A DNA stretch of 64,000 nucleotides, taken from the NCBI RefSeq assembly GCF_964188315.1, contig NC_135660.1:51026001-51090000 (forward strand), in the 5' to 3' direction. A program made the translations under genes and the position numbers. This stretch comes from Podarcis muralis. Lineage: Eukaryota. Positions 1 through 8,464 of this stretch are shown piece by piece. How positions within the stretch are numbered: position 1 is the first letter of the stretch; every line of letters starts with the position of its first letter. The notes beneath the pieces were generated by a model that saw nothing but the letters and a program-made list of their open reading frames with translations, had not been told where the DNA came from and ran no database searches.

Positions 1-220
1 AAACATATATCCCGAGGATCCCCAGTGAGTAATATCTCTGATAATTGTTCCACAAGGGGGGGCCAGTCAATTAATTGTATAAGAGAATCTTCCCGTTCAC
101 AGTCGCTGGTTCAGACGCTCCTCAAGCTTCAGGCGTGCGCAGGTCAGCCAGCTTCCAGGTTGTGGCTGCAGCAGGCCGGTCGTCTAATGTTGCCCGTGAC
201 CTAGCCCGTTCCCGGTAGGG

Positions 221-3200
221 CTAGATACAGGGGTTTTTGGAGAGAGTCAGTTTTAAAGGATTAGAGGGGTCACCTTTGCACGTCCAACTGCCTTCGGACT
301 TCTTCAAACGAGAGTGATGAATCCAGGGGGTCACCTCAGCTACCTTCACCGCTGTTGGAGTAGAGAGCAAGACGGTGTAAGGTCCACGCCACTTAGGTGC
401 AAGTGGATCACGTTTCCACTCTTTCACCCATACGCTATCGCCAGCCTGGAACTGATGAATCGGCTCGGCAATGCTGCACGGCGTGCGCTCGAGGACCCAC
501 CTGTTAAGAGAAACAAAAACACGGGAGAGAGATTGCACTTGTCCCTGTGTCACATAGTCTCCTATTTGTTTAAGGTCAGCTGGAATATCCTGAACAAAGG
601 AGGGCGGTCTCCCATACAGGAGCTCAAAAGGTGACAACTTAAGTCTTTTTGTGGGTGCACACCGAACACGAAACAGTGTTATGGGTAACACATCTACCCA
701 TCCCAATCCCGTTTCCTGGGTTAATTTTGCCAATTGGGTTTTCAGAGTCCGATTCATTCTTTCAGTTTTCCCTGAACTCTGAGGCCTATATGCTGCATGC
801 AGTCTCCATTTCACTTGTAGGACTCGACATACTTCTTGTACTACTTGATCAATGAACGCTGGCCCATTATCACTTCCAATGCATCTAGGTAATCCAAACC
901 TCGGGATCAATTCAGTGAGGAGTCTCTTAGTTACCTCTCGTGCCTTTTCAGTTCGGGTGGGAAAGGCTTCAACCCATCCGGTAAGAGTGTCTACAAACAC
1001 AAGGAGATACTTGAATCCCTTAGAAGGGACCAGCTCTGTGAAGTCCACAATTAGACTTTCCATGGGGACATATCCCACATGTTGGATTCCAGGAGGTTGT
1101 ACCGGTCCCTGCCTGGGATTGTTTTTAGCACAAAGAACACATTTCTGTGAAATGCAAGTTGCTAATTGTGATAGGTTAATAATATACAACTTCCGACTGA
1201 GACTCTCTCTGGTTGCAGTACCGCCAAGGTGAGTAGATTCATGATAATTTCTTACAATTGTGCCTGCTAGATGATGAGGTACATAAATCCTATTGTCCGG
1301 CAGAATCATCCAACCGTCCTTCACAACTGCTCCTTCCTGTTCAGCCCACTTCCTCTCTTCTGGGGTATAGTGAGGTTTAACTTCTTCTGGAGCTACCTCT
1401 GGTATGAGGGCTGCTATAAATCCTCCCACAGGCTTTTGGGCTGCCTCTCGGGCTGCTTTGTCAGCCGCATGATTTCCTCTGGTTATTGGATCCCTTCCTC
1501 GTCCATGACCTTTGCAATGCATTACAGCAATCTGTTCTGGAGCCCATACTGCTTCTAACAGGATTTCTACTTCAGGTCCATATTTCAAGGCCTTCCCGTG
1601 GGCTCCTATTAGACCTCTTTCTTTCCATAGAGCTCCATGTGCATGCAGGGTTAAGAAGGCATATTTAGAATCAGTATAGATGTTTGCCTTACATCCGGCT
1701 GCCAATTGCAGAGCTCTAGTTAAACCTATAAGTTCAGCTTTTTGTGCTGAGGTGCCGGCAGGCAAAGCTTCAGCTTCCACAACTTCCTCATTGGTGACCA
1801 CAGCATATCCTGCTCGTCTGGCACCTTCATGCAGGTAACTGCTACCATCAGTATAATATACAACATCTGGATTTTTCAATGGTTCATCTTTCAGATCGGG
1901 TCTACTGGAATAAACTTCATCCATTACTTGGAGACAATCATGTGATTCCTCATCATCTACCTCTGGTAGGGGCAGCAAAGTCGCTGGATTGAGCATATTC
2001 ACTACTCGTAGATGAATCCTGGGATTTTCACACAATAGGCCTTGGTATCTAGCCATCCTTGGGTTCGTTAGCCAATAACTACCCTTATATTCCATGAGTG
2101 TCAGAACAGCATGAGGTACATTCACATACATCGTCTGGCCGAAGGTAAATTTATCAGCTTCTTTGACAAGGCTTGCAGTGGCCGCTACTGCCCTTAGGCA
2201 TGGAGGCCATCCTTTTGCTACTGAGTCCAATTGTTTTGACAAATAAGCTACTGGACGGTTCCAACTTCCTAATCTCTGGGTCAGGACTGCCGCTGCAATC
2301 CCATTCTGTTCATGTACATACAGCTGAAAGGGTTTTTCCGAATTAGGCAGTCCAAGGGCTGGGGCCTCCATAAGTCGTTGTTTGATAACTAAAAAGGCTT
2401 GTTGCTGCTCAGGTCCCCATACGAATGGGTCCTTCTCTGCACCTCGAGTGCTTTCATGTAAGGGCTTGGCCAGACTGCTGAAATCAGGTATCCATAGTCT
2501 ACAAAACCCTGCTGTTCCCAGGAATCCTCTAAGTTGTTTCCTTGTGGTAGGTTCCTTGATAAGGCAAATAGCTTCTTTCCTCTCTGGTCTCAATGCTCGT
2601 TGTTGGTGTGAGATGTCAAAGCCCAAATATTTGACCTTTTCTAAACATAACTGTGCCTTTTTCTGGGAAACTCGGTAGCCAGCTTGCCAGAGCAAGTGGA
2701 GCAGTTCCTCTGTCCCTTCTTTACAGGTATCAAAATCCTTTGCTGCTAGTATAAGGTCATCTACATATTGCAGAACCACCTTTTCTCCAGGTATTGAAGG
2801 GTAACTTGTTAGATCCTTCGCCAAGGCAGTGCCAAATAAAGTTGGGGAATTTTTGAATCCCTGGGGCAATCTTGTCCAGGTTAGCTGGCCTTTTGTTCCT
2901 GTTAAAGGGTCTTCCCACTGGAAGGCAAATATAGGTTGGCTCTGTGGTGCCAGCCGGCAACAGAAGAATGCATCTTTCAAGTCCAATACAGTAAAAAATG
3001 TTGCTTCTGGTGGGATCAAACTCAGCAAGGTATATGGGTTTGGTACATTTGGGTGCAAGGTCTCGATAGCCTGGTTTACGAGCCTCAAGTCCTGCACTGG
3101 CCTGTATTCATCTGTCCCAGGTTTTCGAACAGGCAAAAGGGGTGTGTTCCATTCTGATTGGCAGGGCTTAAGCAGACCATATTTTAATAGGCGGTCCAAA

Positions 3201-3817
3201 TGTTTCTGGATGCCCTCTGCTGCTCGCCGGGGTAAAGGATATTGCTTTACAGATACAGGGGTAGCCATAGGTTTTAAGGTTACTACAATTGGAGCTATAT
3301 TCTTGGCCATTCCTGGTGGGCTATTTTCGGCCCATACTCCTGGTGGCACCTGTAGGGTTCGGAGGAGCTTGTTTAATTCTGTATCCAATGTGGGTTGGAC
3401 TTGCAAGGCTGACATTAGGCGCCATGATTGTTCCTTAGGTACTGAGAGGGTAATTATTCCTGCTGCCTTTGATGGCAGTTTCATTTCTGGACCTCGAGGA
3501 GTGAAGGTGATTTGGGCCTGCAGTTTGGACAGCATATCTCTACCTAAGAGAGGTATTGGACACTCAGGTATATACAAAAACTGATGGGTTAAACGATGTC
3601 CCCCAATCTGGCATTCCAAAGGTTGGAGGAAAGACCTCTTAGCTGACTGACCAGTGGCACTTTTAATGACTAAACTTTTGGATGCCTTTTTCTGCAATAG
3701 TTCTGGGAGTACTGAGTATTCAGCCCCAGTATCAATCATAAAGTCTATTAAATGGCTCCCTAATTGAATCGTGACCGTGGGCTCCTGGAAGCCTAACTTT
3801 ATGGAGTCCGGTCGTTC
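221..3817 (-). CDS. pol: Pro-Pol (protease, reverse transcriptase, RNase H, integrase), expressed by readthrough of the gag UAG
   Basis: 26 sense codons continue in frame from the gag TAG to the listed Met at 3739. Protease DTGA; RT LPQGF and YVDD (2756-2767); RNase H YTDGSS; integrase HHCC (H..H..CVLC), VDFT/SDNG/TERMN catalytic triad and WRGPY; TAG stop at 223-221. Confidence 0.97.
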   Translation of the reverse strand, partial: ERPDSIKLGFQEPTVTIQLGSHLIDFMIDTGAEYSVLPELLQKKASKSLVIKSATGQSAKRSFLQPLECQIGGHRLTHQFLYIPECPIPLLGRDMLSKLQAQITFTPRGPEMKLPSKAAGIITLSVPKEQSWRLMSALQVQPTLDTELNKLLRTLQVPPGVWAENSPPGMAKNIAPIVVTLKPMATPVSVKQYPLPRRAAEGIQKHLDRLLKYGLLKPCQSEWNTPLLPVRKPGTDEYRPVQDLRLVNQAIETLHPNVPNPYTLLSLIPPEATFFTVLDLKDAFFCCRLAPQSQPIFAFQWEDPLTGTKGQLTWTRLPQGFKNSPTLFGTALAKDLTSYPSIPGEKVVLQYVDDLILAAKDFDTCKEGTEELLHLLWQAGYRVSQKKAQLCLEKVKYLGFDISHQQRALRPERKEAICLIKEPTTRKQLRGFLGTAGFCRLWIPDFSSLAKPLHESTRGAEKDPFVWGPEQQQAFLVIKQRLMEAPALGLPNSEKPFQLYVHEQNGIAAAVLTQRLGSWNRPVAYLSKQLDSVAKGWPPCLRAVAATASLVKEADKFTFGQTMYVNVPHAVLTLMEYKGSYWLTNPRMARYQGLLCENPRIHLRVVNMLNPATLLPLPEVDDEESHDCLQVMDEVYSSRPDLKDEPLKNPDVVYYTDGSSYLHEGARRAGYAVVTNEEVVEAEALPAGTSAQKAELIGLTRALQLAAGCKANIYTDSKYAFLTLHAHGALWKERGLIGAHGKALKYGPEVEILLEAVWAPEQIAVMHCKGHGRGRDPITRGNHAADKAAREAAQKPVGGFIAALIPEVAPEEVKPHYTPEERKWAEQEGAVVKDGWMILPDNRIYVPHHLAGTIVRNYHESTHLGGTATRESLSRKLYIINLSQLATCISQKCVLCAKNNPRQGPVQPPGIQHVGYVPMESLIVDFTELVPSKGFKYLLVFVDTLTGWVEAFPTRTEKAREVTKRLLTELIPRFGLPRCIGSDNGPAFIDQVVQEVCRVLQVKWRLHAAYRPQSSGKTERMNRTLKTQLAKLTQETGLGWVDVLPITLFRVRCAPTKRLKLSPFELLYGRPPSFVQDIPADLKQIGDYVTQGQVQSLSRVFVSLNRWVLERTPCSIAEPIHQFQAGDSVWVKEWKRDPLAPKWRGPYTVLLSTPTAVKVAEVTPWIHHSRLKKSEGSWTCKGDPSNPLKLTLSKNPCI
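3754..3809 (-). promoter_or_regulatory. Gag-pol stop-codon readthrough pseudoknot
   Basis: UAG, then an 8-nt spacer, stem 1 GGACUCC/GGAGCCC, stem 2 GGCUUCC/GGGAGCC and an 18-nt loop 2. Confidence 0.8.
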
Positions 3818-5740
3818 CTAGTCTTGGGTAAAATCCTCCTCTGCCAGTCCAATGAAATTGTCTCTACTCTGTCCTTGTCCAGGTCTCTGATATCTTCCAT
3901 TTCGGATCATTCCCCGTCCCCGTCCCTGGTTTCTTGGGCCGGAGCCTGGGCCTGGGCCTGGGCCTGGGCGTACTTCTTCCAACCTCAGGGGTTCAGGACA
4001 CTCCCGCTTCCAATGACCCTCCTTCTTGCAATTCGCACATTGATTCCTTCCCAGTGGTGGATTCCTTCCCCGCCCTCTTCCTCCATTTAAGGGGCGGTAG
4101 TCTTGCTTCACTGCTGTGGCTAGCATTACCATCTTTTCCTTCTGCCACTTCTTCTTCTCTTGCTTCTCAGCCTCATCCCTATTCCGATAAACTCGGCGTG
4201 CAATGGCCATAATTTGGCTCATCAGCATCCCTTCCCATCCTTCTGATTTCTGAATTTTCTTACGAATGTCAGAAGCGCACTGGGCCACAAATGTAGCAGT
4301 AATCATTCTGCTGTTTTCAGGGGCTTCAGGGTCAAAAGGAGTCCATATACGATAGGCTTCTTGCAGCCTCTCTAAAAAGTCTCCCGGACTCTCATTTGGT
4401 TTCTGTTCTACTTCTGAGACTTTAGACATATTAGTGGGCTTCTGGCATGCCCTGCGAATACCTTGCACAAGCGTCTGGCGGTAGGTGGTAAGTCTGGCCA
4501 GATGAATTGCATTGTTTGGATCCCAATTAGGATCTTCCAAGGGAAAGTTATCTTGGAGATGACGGTCAATATTAAAAATATTTCCCACTCTGGCCTGCTC
4601 ACGCAAATATATCTGTGCCTTTTCAATTATGTCTCTTCTTTCCTCAGTGGTGAACAGAGTATTCAGAAGCTGGCGACAATCTGTCCAAGTAGGACTATGA
4701 GTATTTATTATTGAAGTCACCAAGTCCATCATAGCCTGAGGTTTTTCCGCAAAAGATGGGGTGTGTGTTTTCCAATTCATCAGATCCGTAGTTGTGAATG
4801 GAATGTACTGCAGGGTCGAAGTTCGAGGTGGCCTTGGTCCGAGTTGCCCGTTAACCAGCACAGGCTCCTCAAGTGCATCAAATACTCTTCTGAGAGGGGC
4901 TACTACGTGATCTGTTTCTTCACTTTGCTCTAGGGGCCTCAAATCATAGGGGATGGTATTTGTCCCAAGGCGTTCTTTTAGCAGCTTAATACGCCTGGCT
5001 GTATTGCTTGCTGACCGATTAAGGTCTCCCTGTAACTTCTGTAATAATTCTCTAGGACTTGGATGTACAGGGGTTTGGGGTAGGCAATCAGTTGTTCCAC
5101 TAAAAGAGACTGTAGATGGAGTTCTACTGGGACTCACAGATGGAATAACCACTTCTGCTTGGGCTTCATTATAGGACTCCAATGCCTCCTGAAGATATTT
5201 ATCATAATCTATCAAGGAGTCAAGTTCTGTGTCTCTACCCCCATTATTCGTTCCACTTTCTTGCCTTGGGGTTACAACTGGTGGAGGGTTTGGATTATGC
5301 TCCCTTCGATGTGGAGCATAGGGTGGAGGTGGAAGCACCTCTTCCTCTGGTCCCTCAAAAATGGGTTTGAGTTTATTTGGCAAGATTCCTTTCCTAGCTT
5401 CGGCTTTTACAGCCAATAATTTGCATCGTTGGACTTTGCATTCCCTTATCCATGGAGGATTTTTATTTAATGTGCTCAGCCAGGAATCTATATATGAAAA
5501 TTGTTCTGGGCACCCTCCAGTTTCTTTGGTGATGTTAGACCAAAGTTTGCTTACTAAATTTATATCAAAAGTTCCCTGAGATGGCCATCCAGTATTTTGT
5601 TTTGGCCATTCTAATTCACATAACGTTCTCAAGCGCTCTGGCGTCATTTTGACTCCATATGCCCCTGAGAAGGCTTTCTTAAAATTATTTAACATACATT
5701 CAAGAGGTGTATTTCCCCCCTTTGAACCCCCAACTCCCAT
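3818..5740 (-). CDS. gag: Gag polyprotein (640 aa; MA-p12-like-CA-NC)
   Basis: The ORF track starts at a GTG (5764), but the ATG at 5740 gives MGVGGS, the MGxxxS myristoylation consensus. PPPY late domain at 5318-5329; MHR-like QKPNESPGDFLERLQEAY; zinc knuckle CANCKKEGHWKREC at 3998-4039; TAG stop at 3820-3818. Confidence 0.95.
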   Translation of the reverse strand: MGVGGSKGGNTPLECMLNNFKKAFSGAYGVKMTPERLRTLCELEWPKQNTGWPSQGTFDINLVSKLWSNITKETGGCPEQFSYIDSWLSTLNKNPPWIRECKVQRCKLLAVKAEARKGILPNKLKPIFEGPEEEVLPPPPYAPHRREHNPNPPPVVTPRQESGTNNGGRDTELDSLIDYDKYLQEALESYNEAQAEVVIPSVSPSRTPSTVSFSGTTDCLPQTPVHPSPRELLQKLQGDLNRSASNTARRIKLLKERLGTNTIPYDLRPLEQSEETDHVVAPLRRVFDALEEPVLVNGQLGPRPPRTSTLQYIPFTTTDLMNWKTHTPSFAEKPQAMMDLVTSIINTHSPTWTDCRQLLNTLFTTEERRDIIEKAQIYLREQARVGNIFNIDRHLQDNFPLEDPNWDPNNAIHLARLTTYRQTLVQGIRRACQKPTNMSKVSEVEQKPNESPGDFLERLQEAYRIWTPFDPEAPENSRMITATFVAQCASDIRKKIQKSEGWEGMLMSQIMAIARRVYRNRDEAEKQEKKKWQKEKMVMLATAVKQDYRPLNGGRGRGRNPPLGRNQCANCKKEGHWKRECPEPLRLEEVRPGPGPGPGSGPRNQGRGRGMIRNGRYQRPGQGQSRDNFIGLAEEDFTQD

Positions 5741-6066
5741 TGTATGGCCCTGTGAAGTATCCACTCAGTCACTCACACACACGCTTCGTGGGTTTCCTTG
5801 CCCAGATGGAGTCGCCTCACTGGGAACCGAAGTACTACCCACTCCACACTCAGGTCAGCTACAGATTGCTCTGTACTTTCTCACACATACAATGCGCAAG
5901 ATACTTCACCACACTCTACCTCCCATTCTTCCCTTTCCCCCCACCAGACCACCATCTGATATACCCAACCACCTAGCGTACTCAGTTCCCACTTACTGAG
6001 ACGCAGAAGTTTGATCAAGACTTCTCTTCCTCCCAATTAATTGGAGGGCCAAAAATCCCTTTGTGC

Positions 6067-6073
6067 ACTTACC
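6067..6073 (-). promoter_or_regulatory. Candidate major splice donor of the ERV
   Basis: AAGGG|GTAAGT about 180 nt downstream of the PBS; a weaker CA|GTAAGT lies near 5996. Confidence 0.55.
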
Positions 6074-6253
6074 CCTTGGTTGGTTCCGTTTCCCCCCGGT
6101 CCGTCGCCGCCAGTGAGCAGGGTATCAGACAGACGAGACTGCTGCGTTCCCCTGGAAAAAATTTTTCCATGCGCGCTGGGTAGGCAGTTTAGAGATCCTC
6201 TCTCTTGTACCCTGCTCAGTAGAGCGAAGGGGCTGCGTTCCAGCAGACCACTT

Positions 6254-6271
6254 ATCCGAGTCACGGCACCA
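6254..6271 (-). promoter_or_regulatory. Primer binding site for tRNA-His(GUG)
   Basis: Minus strand TGGTGCCGTGACTCGGAT is the exact complement of the 3' 18 nt of vertebrate tRNA-His (ATCCGAGTCACGGCACCA); it lies 5 nt from the CA that ends the LTR. Confidence 0.95.
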
Positions 6272-6276
6272 TAAAA

Positions 6277-6597
6277 TGTAGCACCCTGCTTGTGGTTAAC
6301 GCTTAGCTGGAATGAAATATTCAACGCAGCAATAGAGAAATTAAAATAATAATTTATTTGTCAGACAAATAAATGAGAGGCACAGTGGTATATGGTTACC
6401 AAGCTCTGGCCTGGCCTCCTGCCATTATGGCCAGCACTTATATTCCCTTAATCCAGCCCCCTTTGCTCCTCCTTGGCTGCATCTGTCCAATCAGCCTGGT
6501 TGGATTTCCTATTGGCTGCCTGCTATATCCAATCACAAAAGATACACCCACATCCTCCTGTCCTTATATGGAGCACAAAGAGCTATATATTGTTACA
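6277..6597 (-). repeat. 5' LTR of the ERV (U3-R-U5, about 320 bp; outer boundary uncertain, 6633 is an alternative)
   Basis: Minus strand begins TGTAAC and ends GCTACA (5/6 inverted termini); CCAAT boxes at 6487, 6511 and 6529; ATATAA at 6443-6438; AATAAA at 6358-6353. The second LTR and TSD are outside the window. Confidence 0.75.
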
Positions 6598-6807
6598 TCT
6601 ATAAATGACAAATAAGTAGTAATATATCTTACATGTGTCTCAACAAGGAATATTAATTACCAGCTCACCTCTTGCCCTCTTCGCCCTATTGCCTTCTAAA
6701 ACAAATGGTTAATCTTAAATTTTTATCTTAAACATATGTCAAGGATCTTGAGTTTCACATCAACATTGAAAGATCTCCTTCATTTGAGAGTTTCTAAACA
6801 AATGTCT

Positions 6808-6919
6808 GACAGCCATATATCAGGACTGCTTGGATGGCTGCTTGGATGGCGTCTTCTTGTCTGACAGGGGGCTGGGCTCAATGGCCCCTGTGGTCTATTC
6901 CAACTCTAGGACTCTATGA
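6808..6919 (+). mobile_element. CR1 LINE 3' end fragment
   Basis: GGGGGCTGGGCTCAATGGCCCCTGTGGTCTATTCCAACTCTAGGACTCTATGA resembles the CR1 3' UTR with its terminal octamer-like repeat. Confidence 0.65.
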
Positions 6920-8290
6920 AATAAGAATCTAACATCTAAATTTGTTACTTTCTAAATCCTTTGCATAGTTACATTTAAGCCAATATATTTAAGCTAATAT
7001 ATTTCATACATTATCATAGGTAACCTTTTAAAAGAATAAAGCTTCTCAAAATAGAAAGGAAGGAACTCAGTAAAAAAACAGGTTTTAAAAGGAACCCCTT
7101 CAGTTTACCCCCCCTTCAGCCATCTGCTCTCCTCTTTAGCTGTTCCCAATATTTATTACCCTTAAACTCTCTCAGTTTAAGAAAGAAACTGCCTTTAAAA
7201 AGGACTTCCCAAAAATGCTTTCTTTCTGCCAGCCAGATGCTTCTCCATTTGGTCTTTAACCTTGGAAAGAAGATCTAGCTCATTTTACTGGGAGGCACAT
7301 TGGTATAATTTTACTATTTACTCATTCCTAATTATATTTATCTCTGCTTTTTTTATCTTCTGTAACATGTAGGTCAGTGTCCGTTCTCAGCCTGTAATTT
7401 CAGCTTTTACGACTTTGAAAGTTATTTTCCTGCTATAAATCAAGGGGGCCCCTTGTCTAGGAGGAAAACATTGCCAGTGTTTTCTTAAGCAGCTGGTCTG
7501 CCTGGCATGAAACTTTTGAAAATCTAAGCCCTCTTTAATATACAAGTCCTGATCAAACATTAATAAAATGCAGGCTTATGCCTGATGCCTCACATACTCC
7601 ATGAGGCATGGTGAATGTGCACAATGGCTGCTTGTTATGCACTCAACTTAAACTACTCCTAGCATAAACACTTTCCCCCTCTGACCTACCATGGAATCTC
7701 TGATGTAACCTGCTTGGATATTTTCATCGTACTTCATGCACTCCAGGGAAAGAGCCAAAAGCAGCTCTTTGCAGTACCACTGCTGTAAGCAATATATGTG
7801 TCTCCATTACATGTCACAGGCACCTAGTAGATTGTTCCTGTGACATTACTGGTAATGAGCAACACATAAACACGTGTATCAGAACAATTTAAAAGGCTCC
7901 TTTGTGAGTACATGGTGAATGATGTGAGTGTCAGTGATCTCCCTGGGCATTCATGTTAAACCTTTTAATGGGGTTAATGTTTTCATTTTGAATCTTCTTG
8001 TTTGTTTTGTTAAAAAATAGTGTTTGTTTCCCCTACCCATTATTCTTCACATATGAAATTGACCAAGGATATTGCTACTATATACTTATGCATGCTGTAT
8101 ACTGAGGTTTTATTCACACTGCGGGTGGTGCTGTAGTGTAATCTAGTCTAATGAGCTGAGAGGGCTTCTGTAGAGAGCTCGTTTATCCTGCTCTTAGCCT
8201 GCCAACAAATCATCGGCAGGAGTCTGTGGTGAATGCTTTCATGCACATAGCTGTAAAAAGCTGAGCTCAACTTTCTGCCTTATACAAGAA

Positions 8291-8464
8291 ACACAGTGGA
8301 AGAGCATCTGTCTTGCATGTAGAAGGTCCCAGGTTCAACTCCCAGCATCTCCAGTAAGGGCTGAGAGTATCTCTTGTCTTACACCTGGAGAGCTGCTGCT
8401 AGCCAGTGTGGACAGTAGTGGGCTAGATAGACAAACGGCCTGATTGTACAAAGGCAGCTTCCTG
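8291..8464 (+). mobile_element. tRNA-derived SINE (Squam3-type)
   Basis: A/B-box-like head (CAGTGGAAGAGC...GGTTCAACTCCC) and body ending GGCAGCTTCCT; homologous to copies at 29304 and 55505. Confidence 0.75.

Larger units (their letters stand above)
1..6597 (-). mobile_element. Class I (gammaretrovirus-like) endogenous retrovirus, 5' LTR to start of env region; truncated by window edge
   Basis: LTR-PBS-leader-gag-UAG-pro-pol order on the minus strand; both ORFs free of frameshifts and internal stops; single CCHC knuckle; in-frame amber gag-pol junction; GPY/F motif in the integrase C-terminus. Confidence 0.97.

Noticed and set aside
314-2960. Several short plus-strand ORFs opposite pol
   Set aside because: Lengths of 60-126 aa are expected as shadows of a long coding frame
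5741-5764. Gag N-terminal extension from GTG at 5764 / glyco-Gag-type upstream start
   Set aside because: An in-frame TGA sits immediately upstream (5767-5765), so there is no long extension; the ATG at 5740 gives the myristoylation consensus
6037-6324. 95-aa minus-strand ORF spanning U5-PBS-leader
   Set aside because: Starts inside U5, crosses the PBS and has no recognisable motif; the region is explained by RNA signals
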